A stretch of DNA of 63,845 nt, counting the filler, from Octopus bimaculoides (taxonomy: Eukaryota): assembly GCF_001194135.2 (NCBI RefSeq). It is 4 parts of 4 records of this genome, joined end to end, with 100 filler letters (N's around TTAATTAATTAA, not from the genome) between each part and the next. Parts side by side here need not be neighbours in the genome. Positions count along the whole stretch, not along the records: positions 1 to 29,456 come from NC_069001.1; 3 more parts are not named here. One strand, written 5' to 3'. How positions within the stretch are numbered: position 1 is the first letter of the stretch; the number at the start of each line of letters is the position of its first letter. This document shows, one piece after another, positions 12,849 to 27,041 of this stretch. The notes below the pieces were generated by a model. That model had not been told where the DNA came from and searched no databases. It worked only from the letters and a program-made list of their open reading frames with translations. The translations under genes were made by a program, and so were the position numbers.

Positions 12849-13621
12849 ACTATCTGTCTTTCTGTCTGTTTGTCGGCCTCTCCCCCACTCTCTACATACA
12901 CACAGATATTTTCCTATATTTATATATTTATATTTACACAAAAACGGTGTATTGTAGAGGGAAATAATATTACCTGGTATAACAATTGACACACGAAACG
13001 CAGAAGATCTTTTTTCTCTCTTCTATTCTTAAGCCTCAAATTTATCAGGAATAACAGATTACCAGAGACAGAAAGAGTGCCACAAGCCAGAGTGCTGAAC
13101 TTGCTGCTAAAGAAAAGCGATACAATTAATCATAAGCTAAATTGCTGTTTCATAGACGACTTCCAGCAGAAACATATTTCGGCATTTGGTTCCTGGAAGT
13201 GATTTTTGGAGAACCTGGTCGCAGTAGATATCCAAGTAGAAATACTATTTCTCATAAATGGAAGAAAAGATGGCCATTTTTCTCAGGTGTGTAAATCAAA
13301 TATTGAACACTTGACAAATCAATATCAACCGGGTGTATCGATCTCTTATGCATTCAAGTATTTCAACTTTGTTAAATTATTCTACTTTATTGATATATTC
13401 CGTCTTTTGTACTCATTAGCGTTGTAATTAACCGTTAATAAATTAATTAAATTAATTAATGCAACTTTTGGTTGTCAGTGGAAGCAATCACGTTGTATTC
13501 CAAGCAGGAATTTTTAATCGGAATGGTTCAGATATCAACCCTTTTGGAGGTAATGTTGTGTGACATAGGCCTTGTAAGGGATTTGGGTTGACATAAACTG
13601 AGTGTAAGCCCTACATATATA

Positions 13622-13664
<43 letters not shown>

Positions 13665-13783
13665 NNNNNNNNNNNNNNNNNNNNNNNNNNNNNNNNNNNN
13701 NNNNNNNNNNNNNNNNNNNNNNNNNNNNNNNNNNNNNNNNNNNNNNNNNNNNNNNNNNNNNNNNNNNNNNNNNNNNNNNNTAT

Positions 13784-13816
<33 letters not shown>

Positions 13817-15951
13817 CATATATATATATGTACATACATACACATATATACATATATATATGTACACACACATATACATGTATGCATATATTTATATATA
13901 TGTATATATCTATGCCTATCTACCTATTTAAGAAAACAGGACAAAGTTATAGTTTTACCTTGTGTTTCTATATTTCGGGGTGAAGACCCCCTTTTTCAGG
14001 ACATTCGGAAAAGCGGCGGTTGGTAAAAGTTTGATGCTCAGAAGTGTGTGTGTGTGTGTGTGTGTGTGTGTAGCGAGGAGTGGGGTGAGGTGACATGTTT
14101 CGAGAAGGTAACCTTTATCTACCATAACTCACAACGGACGTCACACAGCCCTAATAATACAGAAACGGAAACCAGAAACGAAACTTTATCACTGATTTCT
14201 CAACTCTTACCAACCTTTATATCCTCCCTAAAGCCTTTCCAGAACCTTTCGTTGATGAATTAATGAACAACACATCGCAATATTTATATTTTAGCAAAGT
14301 CGACACGAAACACGGCAATTATCAACTGCTACAGGTAATTCAAGACCGCTTTTACACTGCCTTTCAAACTCTGTGACATTTCTATCTGTACACAAGATTC
14401 CTGTTTGGTGTTGTTAATAATACAGACAAGCTTCCAACAAGAGGTAAGCCATATTTTTCTCTCTGAATAACCTTTAATCTGCAGAACTCCACCCCGTCCC
14501 CGCCACTTCACTGCCGTATTTAGATAACGTCATTAGATGAAGTGATAAACCATTGAAAGATAATCATTGAAATCTAAACGCGTTTCTGTCATGCACCAAA
14601 CAGAGAAATTAGAAAGAATATTTTCTAAATAAAATTCAATAATGGGCACCGAAGTAGGAGTCTTCTTNNNNNNNNNNNNNNNNNNNNNNNNNNNNNNNNN
14701 NNNNNNNNNNNNNNNNNNNNNNNNNNNNNNNNNNNNNNNNNNNNNNNNNNNNNNNNNNNNNNNNNNNNNNNNNNNNNNNNNNNNNNNNNNNNNNNNNNNN
14801 NNNNNNNNNNNNNNNNNNNNNNNNNNNNNNNNNNNNNNNNNNNNNNNNNNNNNNNNNNNNNNNNNNNNNNNNNNNNNNNNNNNNNNNNNNNNNNNNNNNN
14901 NNNNNNNNNNNNNNNNNNNNNNNNNNNNNNNNNNNNNNNNNNNNNNNNNNNNNNNNNNNNNNNNNNNNNNNNNNNNNNNNNNNNNNNNNNNNNNNNNNNN
15001 NNNNNNNNNNNNNNNNNNNNNNNNNNNNNNNNNNNNNNNNNNNNNNNNNNNNNNNNNNNNNNNNNNNNNNNNNNNNNNNNNNNNNNNNNNNNNNNNNNNN
15101 NNNNNNNNNNNNNNNNNNNNNNNNNNNNNNNNNNNNNNNNNNNNNNNNNNNNNNNNNNNNNNNNNNNNNNNNNNNNNNNNNNNNNNNNNNNNNNNNNNNN
15201 NNNNNNNNNNNNNNNNNNNNNNNNNNNNNNNNNNNNNNNNNNNNNNNNNNNNNNNNNNNNNNNNNNNNNNNNNNNNNNNNNNNNNNNNNNNNNNNNNNNN
15301 NNNNNNNNNNNNNNNNNNNNNNNNNNNNNNNNNNNNNNNNNNNNNNNNNNNNNNNNNNNNNNNNNNNNNNNNNNNNNNNNNNNNNNNNNNNNNNNNNNNN
15401 NNNNNNNNNNNNNNNNNNNNNNNNNNNNNNNNNNNNNNNNNNNNNNNNNNNNNNNNNNNNNNNNNNNNNNNNNNNNNNNNNNNNNNNNNNNNNNNNNNNN
15501 NNNNNNNNNNNNNNNNNNNNNNNNNNNNNNNNNTATATATATACATATAGATATATATATATATGTAAATACATATCTATATCTATATATATGTGTATAC
15601 TCACTCATACACATACACACACACACACACACACATGTATACATTGAATATGTGTATATATTTCCTTTTCTTTTATGTGAGTTATTAAAACGTAAATAAA
15701 ATGTGAAAAACCAAAGCAACAACGAAATAAAAAACACTGTTACAAACAATACAAACAATATATTGAAACATTAATTGTATTGATAATTAATCTGATTTGA
15801 TAATTGAACTAATTAGCTAACGTCTGAATGCTTCAATTCCAGGTCAACAGCGGGTATCGTCTTAACATTTAAATACAAACTGTTTCTCCCGAAAAATACA
15901 TCTCCTCCTCGATGAAGTAGGTTCTAACAGAACAACATTTTAAGTACGGAT

Positions 15952-16088
15952 AAATCTTCTTTTCCACTCTAGGCATAAAGCCCGAACATTTTGGGGAGGA
16001 GGCCAGTCGATTAGATCAACCCCAGTACGCAACTGGTACTTAATTTATCGACTCCGAAAGGATGAAAGGCAAAGTCGGCTTCGGCAGA
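15952..16088 (-). mobile_element. SINE family B, 3' part
   Basis: CCCCAGTACGCAACTGGTACTT...GAAAGGATGAAAGGCAAAGTC. Confidence 0.8.
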
Positions 16089-16141
16089 GTGCGGATAAAT
16101 ATTACCTCTCGGCGTTAAAAACTGTTTCTGTCGCTAATATA

Positions 16142-16377
16142 GAGGGTTGGCCAAAAGTCACCCGACAGTATATCAAAATTCCATAACTACTTAATATTCA
16201 ATTTTATTTATTCATTCCAATTATGAATGTTTAATAATTGAATCCTGTGAGTTAGAATCACCGTTTTTTTCAATATTCGTCTATCTATTAGTGAAATCTC
16301 ATATAAAATATTTTTTTGTTTTAATCTTGGAATTAAATGGCTTTGATTTATTGTCAGGTGACTTTTGGCCAACCCTG
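16142..16377. mobile_element. Tc1/mariner-type MITE (236 bp), copy 1
   Basis: TIRs gAGGGTTGGCCAAAAGTCACC / GGTGACTTTTGGCCAACCCTG, TA on both sides, AT-rich interior homologous to 45519-45755. Confidence 0.88.
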
Positions 16378-17310
16378 TATGTCTTTCAACAAGTTCACTG
16401 GCAAATCGCGTCACCAGCGTCGCTTCTGGCGAAGAGATGAGTCACTACTATCTCTAGCGGTCGAACGTCCATCACCAATGAAACCAAAGAAGTCGAAATA
16501 ACGTGATCTAGTGTTTNNNNNNNNNNNNNNNNNNNNNNNNNNNNNNNNNNNNNNNNNNNNNNNNNNNNNNNNNNNNNNNNNNNNNNNNNNNNNNNNNNNN
16601 NNNNNNNNNNNNNNNNNNNNNNNNNNNNNNNNNNNNNNNNNNNNNNNNNNNNNNNNNNNNNNNNNNNNNNNNNNNNNNNNNNNNNNNNNNNNNNNNNNNN
16701 NNNNNNNNNNNNNNNNNNNNNNNNNNNNNNNNNNNNNNNNNNNNNNNNNNNNNNNNNNNNNNNNNNNNNNNNNNNNNNNNNNNNNNNNNNNNNNNNNNNN
16801 NNNNNNNNNNNNNNNNNNNNNNNNNNNNNNNNNNNNNNNNNNNNNNNNNNNNNNNNNNNNNNNNNNNNNNNNNNNNNNNNNNNNNNNNNNNNNNNNNNNN
16901 NNNNNNNNNNNNNNNNNNNNNNNNNNNNNNNNNNNNNNNNNNNNNNNNNNNNNNNNNNNNNNNNNNNNNNNNNNNNNNNNNNNNNNNNNNNNNNNNNNNN
17001 NNNNNNNNNNNNNNNNNNNNNNNNNNNNNNNNNNNNNNNNNNNNNNNNNNNNNNNNNNNNNNNNNNNNNNNNNNNNNNNNNNNNNNNNNNNNNNNNNNNN
17101 NNNNNNNNNNNNNNNNNNNNNNNNNNNNNNNNNNNNNNNNNNNNNNNNNNNNNNNNNNNNNNNNNNNNNNNNNNNNNNNNNNNNNNNNNNNNNNNNNNNN
17201 NNNNNNNNNNNNNNNNNNNNNNNNNNNNNNNNNNNNNNNNNNNNNNNNNNNNNNNNNNNNNNNNNNNNNNNNNNNNNNNNNNNNNNNNNNNNNGTGTGTG
17301 TATACGTGTG

Positions 17311-17490
17311 TTACTTGTTTCAGTCATTAGATTGCGGCCAAGCTGGAGTACCGCCTTGAAGAATTTTAGTCGGACGAATCGACTCCAGTACATAATTTAT
17401 TTTAAGCCTTGTACTTATTCTATCGCTCTTTTTACCGAACCGCTAAGTTATTTATACGTAAACACACCAGTACCGGTTGTCAAGCGGTGG
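17311..17490 (-). mobile_element. SINE family A, 3' half
   Basis: Reverse complement of the CTTGACAACCG...GAAACAAGTAA block. Confidence 0.8.
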
Positions 17491-17584
17491 CAGTGGTTAT
17501 ATGATTGTTAAACAGGACGTCAAACATTAAGGCGAGGCAAACCTCTCAAGTCATATACAATATTATTACATGGAGAAATTCAAA

Positions 17585-17640
17585 GTCTTACAGCTGTTTC
17601 TGGGATATCATCGAGTATGGGATATTCCGTCATCAGAGAC
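17585..17640 (-). ncRNA. Minimal type I hammerhead ribozyme motif (Penelope-like element type)
   Basis: Minus strand reads GTCT-CTGATGA-C-GGAATATC-loop-GATATCCC-A-GAAA-C-AGCT-G-TA-AGAC: full catalytic core, 4-bp stem I, stem II with 7/8 pairs, palindromic AGCT stem III loop and GUA cleavage triplet. The stem II closing pair is C.A. Confidence 0.75.
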
Positions 17641-17958
17641 AAATCGGGGAAAAAATATGGAAAACGAAAATGGTATATATCAATAAGATGATAACATAGA
17701 GGAAGGGAGTAAAAGAATAAGATGGAAAGAGAGAAGAAAAAAGAGGCATAAAAGTTCATAGTTCAACTTTCCGAAATGATAGAAACCAAAGCATGAATTC
17801 TTAGGTTCAATCCTGCGTATATCCATGTGGGTTAAAATCCTTCTATGGTAGACATCCGAAGAAAAACACGCGAACATATCAAGGGTCAATAACAGAATGG
17901 TAGAAGTGGCTGTTGATTGGTACAAGTATCCCCCCTCTTTCTATTTCTTTTCTTTTCT

Positions 17959-18088
17959 CTGAGTGAACAGGAACAGCGTGAAATAAAGTATCTTGCTCAA
18001 GAACACAACACACAACCCAGTCAGGGAATCGAACTCACTACCGCGTGATTGTGAGCTCGACGATCTGACCACTGAACCATGCGCCTTC
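17959..18088 (-). mobile_element. SINE C/E-type head and CORE-like block, 3'-truncated
   Basis: Reverse complement GAAGGCGCATGGTTCAGTGG...GAGTTCGATTCCC...TTCTTGAGCAAGATACTTTATTTCACG. Confidence 0.8.
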
Positions 18089-18090
18089 GA

Positions 18091-18129
<39 letters not shown>

Positions 18130-18160
18130 TGTGTGTGTGTATGTGTGTGTGTGTATGTGT

Positions 18161-18355
18161 GTTTGTCCCCCACCACTGCTTGACAACCGGTGTTGACGTG
18201 TTTACGTCCCTGTAAGTTAGCGGTTCAGCAAAAGCGACCGTTAGAATTAGTGCTGTGCCTTTAAAAACAGTCTTACTGTCGATTTGTTCGATTCTTCAAG
18301 GCGGTGCCCCAGCATGGCCGCAGTGAAATGACTGAAGCAAGTACAAGATAAAAGA
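18161..18355 (+). mobile_element. SINE family A, 3' half
   Basis: GTTTGTCCCC...CTTGACAACCG...CAGCATGGCCGCAG...GATAAAAGAG. Confidence 0.8.
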
Positions 18356-18686
18356 GAAATATATTTGTAGCCATGCATAGGTGTGCGTGTGTGCGTGCGC
18401 ACATGTGTGTATATGTTTGTATTTGTGCATTCTTGCATTTAAAATAGAACCCAATAAAACAATAATGGGACGGATGAATGACTACATTAAACTAGAGTTG
18501 ACCATATTTCTTAGTAAAAAAATATTGATAGTGACTTCGAAGTTTCGAGTGAGTTGCCTCAAGTGATACAAATTTGTCCAAGATATCACACACGGCGAGC
18601 GATCGTACCTAGTAACACAAGATATGGCGAAGCGAATTTCTTAATCACCCAGCCATGACGGCCGATATACGTACACACAGGTGTAT

Positions 18687-18718
<32 letters not shown>

Positions 18719-19848
18719 GCACACGCACACGCACGCGCACACGCACACACACGCGCACACACACACACACACACACACGCACGCACACACACTTACGTCA
18801 AGAGAGAGAAAAACAGACGGAGATTGACAGACGAATGAGAAAAGTAAGCAATCGTAGAAGTAAGAAGGAATAAAGGAATAAATAATTAAAANNNNNNNNN
18901 NNNNNNNNNNNNNNNNNNNNNNNNNNNNNNNNNNNNNNNNNNNNNNNNNNNNNNNNNNNNNNNNNNNNNNNNNNNNNNNNNNNNNNNNNNNNNNNNNNNN
19001 NNNNNNNNNNNNNNNNNNNNNNNNNNNNNNNNNNNNNNNNNNNNNNNNNNNNNNNNNNNNNNNNNNNNNNNNNNNNNNNNNNNNNNNNNNNNNNNNNNNN
19101 NNNNNNNNNNNNNNNNNNNNNNNNNNNNNNNNNNNNNNNNNNNNNNNNNNNNNNNNNNNNNNNNNNNNNNNNNNNNNNNNNNNNNNNNNNNNNNNNNNNN
19201 NNNNNNNNNNNNNNNNNNNNNNNNNNNNNNNNNNNNNNNNNNNNNNNNNNNNNNNNNNNNNNNNNNNNNNNNNNNNNNNNNNNNNNNNNNNNNNNNNNNN
19301 NNNNNNNNNNNNNNNNNNNNNNNNNNNNNNNNNNNNNNNNNNNNNNNNNNNNNNNNNNNNNNNNNNNNNNNNNNNNNNNNNNNNNNNNNNNNNNNNNNNN
19401 NNNNNNNNNNNNNNNNNNNNNNNNNNNNNNNNNNNNNNNNNNNNNNNNNNNNNNNNNNNNNNNNNNNNNNNNNNNNNNNNNNNNNNNNNNNNNNNNNNNN
19501 NNNNNNNNNNNNNNNNNNATATATATATATATATATACATGTATATATATGTATATATATATATATGTATGTATGTATCTTCAGCTATTCAGAAGTATAC
19601 AGAAACACATAGGTTGGATGTCATATATGATTTACACTCGTATTTTACATATATACAATGTACATGCATTCAAAAATATGTATAGACGTAGGCATATTTA
19701 TATATGGTATATACAAACGCTATGCTTTTGTGCATGGATATACAATATATATATATATGGATGCATATATGTTAATATCTGTTTGAACATCTATCTATCT
19801 ATCTATCTAACTATCCAGTTGTTTATTTGTCTGTCTATCTTTCTCTCC

Positions 19849-19904
<56 letters not shown>

Positions 19905-20350
19905 TTCTCTCTATGTTATATTCGTCCATTCAACTCTCCGCTCGTCTCTCTATCTTCTCCCGATCAAATCTATTTCTGTTTGGTTTTACATTTTAATGTC
20001 TTCCCCACTCCCCGCCGCCTGAAATCTCCTCCCCTTCCTCCTCCTCCTCTTCCGCCTCCTCCAGCTCTTCACTTTTCCTCCGTTAGTTCTTCCTCCTCCT
20101 CCTCCCGCTCCCCCACACTTCACGTTCATTTGCTTTCACTTTCACTTTCCCTTACACGCTCTCTTCTACTCTTCTTTCTCTCTCTCCTACCTCCCCCCAT
20201 CCACTCCTATTTCATACAGAACATCCTCCTTCTCCTCCTCCTCCCCTCTTCCTCCTTCACACATATTATGCCGTGATGCTATTGTTGCTCTCGTAAAGAA
20301 TTTGCTGCTGCACCTGCTGCTGTTGCTGTTGCCGCACCCCCTTCTTTTCC

Positions 20351-20398
<48 letters not shown>

Positions 20399-21086
20399 GC
20401 TCTTCTCACTTTTCCCCCTCACCATCTAAACTCTCTCTTTCTTCCCCTCTCTCTCTTTACTCTCATTCTGTCACAATCCCTCTTTCCCACCCTCTCACAT
20501 CTCTCTCTCTCTCTTTCACCTCCCCACCTTCTCTCTTCGCTACTCACTTCATCTTCTTCCTCCTCTTCTCGGTTAGGTTGAAAAGAGAACGAACGCGGAG
20601 AAAGAGAAAGAGAAAGAGGGAAAGAGCGAGAGAGAGGGGGAAAGAGAGAGAGAGAGATAGAGTTGAAGAAAACTGAAGCCTTCCCCCTCTCCAACACACA
20701 CATACACATACACACACACGCACTAATAATACACTCATAAACATTCAGACAAAAACACTTTCACACACATACATACACAATCAGCCGCGCACACACGCGC
20801 ACACAGGCGCGGTCACGCTTGTACACGCTCCGCACCATTTCGGTACAAAAAACACATGCCCTCAAAATAAAAAAAAAGGAAGTGCACGCACAAACACACA
20901 CACACACACACACACATACATACATACACACATACAACTAAAACATTATATACTAATACTTCATTAACACACATACACACACACACATACTTTCATACAC
21001 ATATATTCAAAATTTTATATATATATATATATACATACATACATTCATACGTACAGACGCACGCAAGCCTATACATACACACATAC

Positions 21087-21133
<47 letters not shown>

Positions 21134-21338
21134 NNNNNNNNNNNNNNNNNNNNNNNNNNNNNNNNNNNNNNNNNNNNNNNNNNNNNNNNNNNNNNNNNNN
21201 NNNNNNNNNNNNNNNNNNNNNNNNNNNNNNNNNNNNNNNNNNNNNNNNNNNNNNNNNNNNNNNNNNNNNNNNNNNNNNNNNNNNNNNNNNNNNNNNNNNN
21301 NNNNNNNNNNNNNNNNNNNNNNNNNNNNNNNNNNNNNN

Positions 21339-21610
21339 CTTGTGTACAGATGCATATAAATACATAGATATAATTACATATACACATATCTATTAAAACA
21401 TACTACACACACACGTATATATATATACAAATATATACAAATATATATATATATATACATATGAACATACATACATACGTCCATACATGCTTGTGTACAG
21501 ATGCATATAAATACATAGATATAATTACATATACACATATCTATTAAAACATACTACACACACACGTATATATATATACAAATATATACAAATATATATA
21601 TATATATACA
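21339..21610. repeat. About 120-bp direct duplication (period 151 bp) just upstream of the mGluR ATG
   Basis: CTTGTGTACAGATGCATATAAATAC...TATATAC at 21339 and 21490. Confidence 0.8.
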
Positions 21611-21625
21611 ACCACCTGTGTTTAA

Positions 21626-22374
<749 letters not shown>

Positions 22375-22405
22375 GCTATCTATCTATCTGTTTGTCTGTC
22401 TGCCT

Positions 22406-22468
<63 letters not shown>

Positions 22469-22714
22469 AGTATGTTTTAATAGATATGTGTATATGTATT
22501 TATATCTATGTATTTATATGCATCTGTACACAAGCATATATGGACGTATGTATGTATGTTCATATGTATATATATATATGTGTGTGTGTGTGTGTGAGTG
22601 TGTGTCTTTCTACCAACCTGTCTGTCTGTCTGCCTGCTTCCCTACCTGTCTGTCTCTGTACTTATCTATTTATTTATTTATCTATCTATCTCTTCCTCCA
22701 TATATATAATTGTG

Positions 22715-22748
<34 letters not shown>

Positions 22749-23287
22749 ATGTATATATATGTATACATGTATGCCTATATATGTCTACTATGTTATATAT
22801 TTTAGCATTATAACTTACATTGTTGTTGATGTCATGCACACACACACACACACATATATATATATGTAAATATGCATATATTTATACATACATGTATGCA
22901 CACAACCATCTACATACCTCCCCCACCCCCACACATACATATGTATACGAATGTATGCATATCTGTATGCATCACAAACGCACAGATATATGTGTGTGTG
23001 TGTGTGTGTGTGTATGTGTGTATTGAATCATATACAAGGCGACACGAATTTCAATCCTTATACATACATCACACATACATGCATGTGCATCAAGTGATGC
23101 ATGTAGACGTCCACCTGGAAATGTACGTAGTTGTTATGTGTGTGTGTGTGTGTGTGTATACACATAGACACACTTAAACACAGACACACTCATACTCATA
23201 TATGTATATACAAGAATATTAATACACATATACAGACACAAAATACACTCTCATAGGAACATGTAAATTTACACAGACACAGGCGTA

Positions 23288-23683
23288 CGTGCACAAAGGT
23301 GTATATAATATATATAAATACACACACACACACACACACGNNNNNNNNNNNNNNNNNNNNNNNNNNNNNNNNNNNNNNNNNNNNNNNNNNNNNNNNNNNN
23401 NNNNNNNNNNNNNNNNNNNNNNNNNNNNNNNNNNNNNNNNNNNNNNNNNNNNNNNNNNNNNNNNNNNNNNNNNNNNNNNNNNNNNNNNNNNNNNNNNNNN
23501 NNNNNNNNNNNNNNNNNNNNNNNNNNNNNNNNNNNNNNNNNNNNNNNNNNNNNNNNNNNNNNNNNNNNNNNNNNNNNNNNNNNNNNNNNNNNNNNNNNNN
23601 NNNNNNNNNNNNNNNNNNNNNNNNNNNNNNCGTGCACAAAGGTGTATATAATATATATAAATACACACACACACACACACACG
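23288..23683. repeat. About 51-bp minisatellite collapsed across a gap
   Basis: CGTGCACAAAGGTGTATATAATATATATAAATA(CA)n occurs on both sides of the 290-N gap, and the unit restarts (CGTGCA) after the second copy. Confidence 0.7.
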
Positions 23684-23710
23684 TGCATAGCTGCTAGGTT
23701 AGAATTTTGT

Positions 23711-23749
<39 letters not shown>

Positions 23750-23963
23750 GATACAAACACTTATGGTGTACATACACATCTATACAAACAGAAATACAGA
23801 AATACACACACATGAACATAAGTATTTGCACATATACGTACACTATATAAATAGATAGACTTGCACACACACACACAACACATACACATATATATTTATA
23901 TATATATATGTACGTACGTGCATATACATGTGTATACGTGTATATACATGTGTATATGTATAC

Positions 23964-24040
<77 letters not shown>

Positions 24041-24349
24041 CATGTGTATACATATATATATATATATATACATGAATGTATATTGTGTGTATATGGACGC
24101 GCGTCGCATAGAAACATGAACATCCGCACATGTAAAAAAATATATTTACATAGGTATACACATACGTAAATACACACGCATATCTACTGTTCGCTAGTTA
24201 TATACATAATTACATCTATTTGTCTCACATACACAATTATAGACACAAACCCAACCACATATACACGCACACACGCATTCACACAATCACCTAATTACAC
24301 ATACATATACATGCAAACATACATACAAACACATGTATGTGCATGTATG

Positions 24350-24450
24350 TAGTTGAAATTTATAGAAAAAAACAAAAGACGAAGACAGGTGTATGAGTAA
24401 ACAAGCAAGTGTATTAGTTTGACGCTCGGGGAAAAATGAAAAAGCCTACA
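24350..24450 (-). mobile_element. Partial copy of the 42735-42960 repeat family (runs into gap)
   Basis: GTAGTTGAAATT...AAAAGACGAAGACA...ATTAGTTTGACGCTCGG matches 42737-42810. Confidence 0.6.
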
Positions 24451-25141
24451 TATANNNNNNNNNNNNNNNNNNNNNNNNNNNNNNNNNNNNNNNNNNNNNN
24501 NNNNNNNNNNNNNNNNNNNNNNNNNNNNNNNNNNNNNNNNNNNNNNNNNNNNNNNNNNNNNNNNNNNNNNNNNNNNNNNNNNNNNNNNNNNNNNNNNNNN
24601 NNNNNNNNNNNNNNNNNNNNNNNNNNNNNNNNNNNNNNNNNNNNNNNNNNNNNNNNNNNNNNNNNNNNNNNNNNNNNNNNNNNNNNNNNNNNNNNNNNNN
24701 NNNNNNNNNNNNNNNNNNNNNNNNNNNNNNNNNNNNNNNNNNNNNNNNNNNNNNNNNNNNNNNNNNNNNNNNNNNNNNNNNNNNNNNNNNNNNNNNNNNN
24801 NNNNNNNNNNNNNNNNNNNNNNNNNNNNNNNNNNNNNNNNNNNNNNNNNNNNNNNNNNNNNNNNNNNNNNNNNNNNNNNNNNNNNNNNNNNNNNNNNNNN
24901 NNNNNNNNNNNNNNNNNNNNNNNNNNNNNNNNNNNNNNNNNNNNNNNNNNNNNNNNNNNNNNNNNNNNNNNNNNNNNNNNNNNNNNNNNNNNNNNNNNNN
25001 NNNNNNNNNNNNNNNNNNNNNNNNNNNNNNNNNNNNNNNNNNNNNNNNNNNNNNNNNNNNNNNNNNNNNNNNNNNNNNNNNNNNNNNNNNNNNNTGTACA
25101 TTTATGCATATATATGTGTGTGTGTGTATATGTGTGTATGT

Positions 25142-25453
25142 GTGGTTAGGGCATTCGGTTCAGGATCGTAAGTCGTGAGTTCAATTTCCGGCGACGCGTT
25201 GTGTCCTTGAGCAAGACACTTTATTTCACGTTGCTCCAGTCCACTCAGCTGGCAAAAACGAGTTGTACCTGTAATTCAAAGGGGCCAGTCTTGTCACATT
25301 CCGTGTCACACTGAATCTCCCTGAGAACTACGTTAAAGGTACGCGTTTCTGTGGAGTACTCAGACACTTACACGTTAGTTTCACGCGCAGGCTATTCCGA
25401 TGATCGGATCAACAGACACAGTCGTCGTCGTAACCGACGAATGACGGAGAGCC
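25142..25453 (+). mobile_element. SINE family C
   Basis: Collinear with 48630-48935. Confidence 0.88.
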
Positions 25454-25558
25454 TGGATCATATGTATACACACACAGACATACATGTATGTAAATAAAAC
25501 TATACATCTATCTATATCAAGTTATATATATAGATAGATAACTAGCTAGCTAGATAGA

Positions 25559-25603
<45 letters not shown>

Positions 25604-26297
25604 NNNNNNNNNNNNNNNNNNNNNNNNNNNNNNNNNNNNNNNNNNNNNNNNNNNNNNNNNNNNNNNNNNNNNNNNNNNNNNNNNNNNNNNNNNNNNNNNN
25701 NNNNNNNNNNNNNNNNNNNNNNNNNNNNNNNNNNNNNNNNNNNNNNNNNNNNNNNNNNNNNNNNNNNNNNNNNNNNNNNNNNNNNNNNNNNNNNNNNNNN
25801 NNNNNNNNNNNNNNNNNNNNNNNNNNNNNNNNNNNNNNNNNNNNNNNNNNNNNNNNNNNNNNNNNNNNNNNNNNNNNNNNNNNNNNNNNNNNNNNNNNNN
25901 NNNNNNNNNNNNNNNNNNNNNNNNNNNNNNNNNNNNNNNNNNNNNNNNNNNNNNNNNNNNNNNNNNNNNNNNNNNNNNNNNNNNNNNNNNNNNNNNNNNN
26001 NNNNNNNNNNNNNNNNNNNNNNNNNNNNNNNNNNNNNNNNNNNNNNNNNNNNNNNNNNNNNNNNNNNNNNNNNNNNNNNNNNNNNNNNNNNNNNNNNNNN
26101 NNNNNNNNNNNNNNNNNNNNNNNNNNNNNNNNNNNNNNNNNNNNNNNNNNNNNNNNNNNNNNNNNNNNNNNNNNNNNNNNNNNNNNNNNNNNNNNNNNNN
26201 NNNNNNNNNNNNNNNNNNNNNNNNNNNNNNNNNNNNNNNNNNNNNNNNNNNNNNNNNNNNNNNNNNNNNNNNNNNNNNNNNNNNNNNNNNNNNNNNN

Positions 26298-26367
<70 letters not shown>

Positions 26368-27041
26368 TCAAATAAATATACATATACATGTACGTATATA
26401 CACACACACACACACGCATAAATATATATATTATATGCGCCTGTACATATATAAATATAAATGTATATATATATATATTTGCACATATATGTATATAGAC
26501 ATGTATAAAATGGATATCTATCAATCTATCTTTCTATCTACGCTCATTCATTCTTGCATGTATGCACACACATACATATACATGGAGACACACACATACG
26601 TACACAGGCACACACATTCACAGCCATACACACATACAAATACACACAGAAGCACAAGTATATGCACGCGCATACAAGCGCATACACACAATACACATAC
26701 GGACACAGACAATCATACACGCATACGCCCGTAGCGACATCTACATGCTCAGACACAGAAGCACACACTTTTTATACAGATACAGACACACAACAAAACA
26801 TATGCACATACATCGACTATATAGAAATACATTGACACGCATACACACGCATACACACACATATACATTCATACAGACATACACCCACCACCACCACCAC
26901 CACCGCCGCCACCATTGCTAAAGCTACAACGAAACCAGTTTTTCTTAATCCAATAGTTGTTATTAAGCATTGTGTAATGATATAATTAATCTCACCTTAA
27001 TTAGGTCAGGATTTAAATGTGTGAGTTGTGAATGGTAGGAT

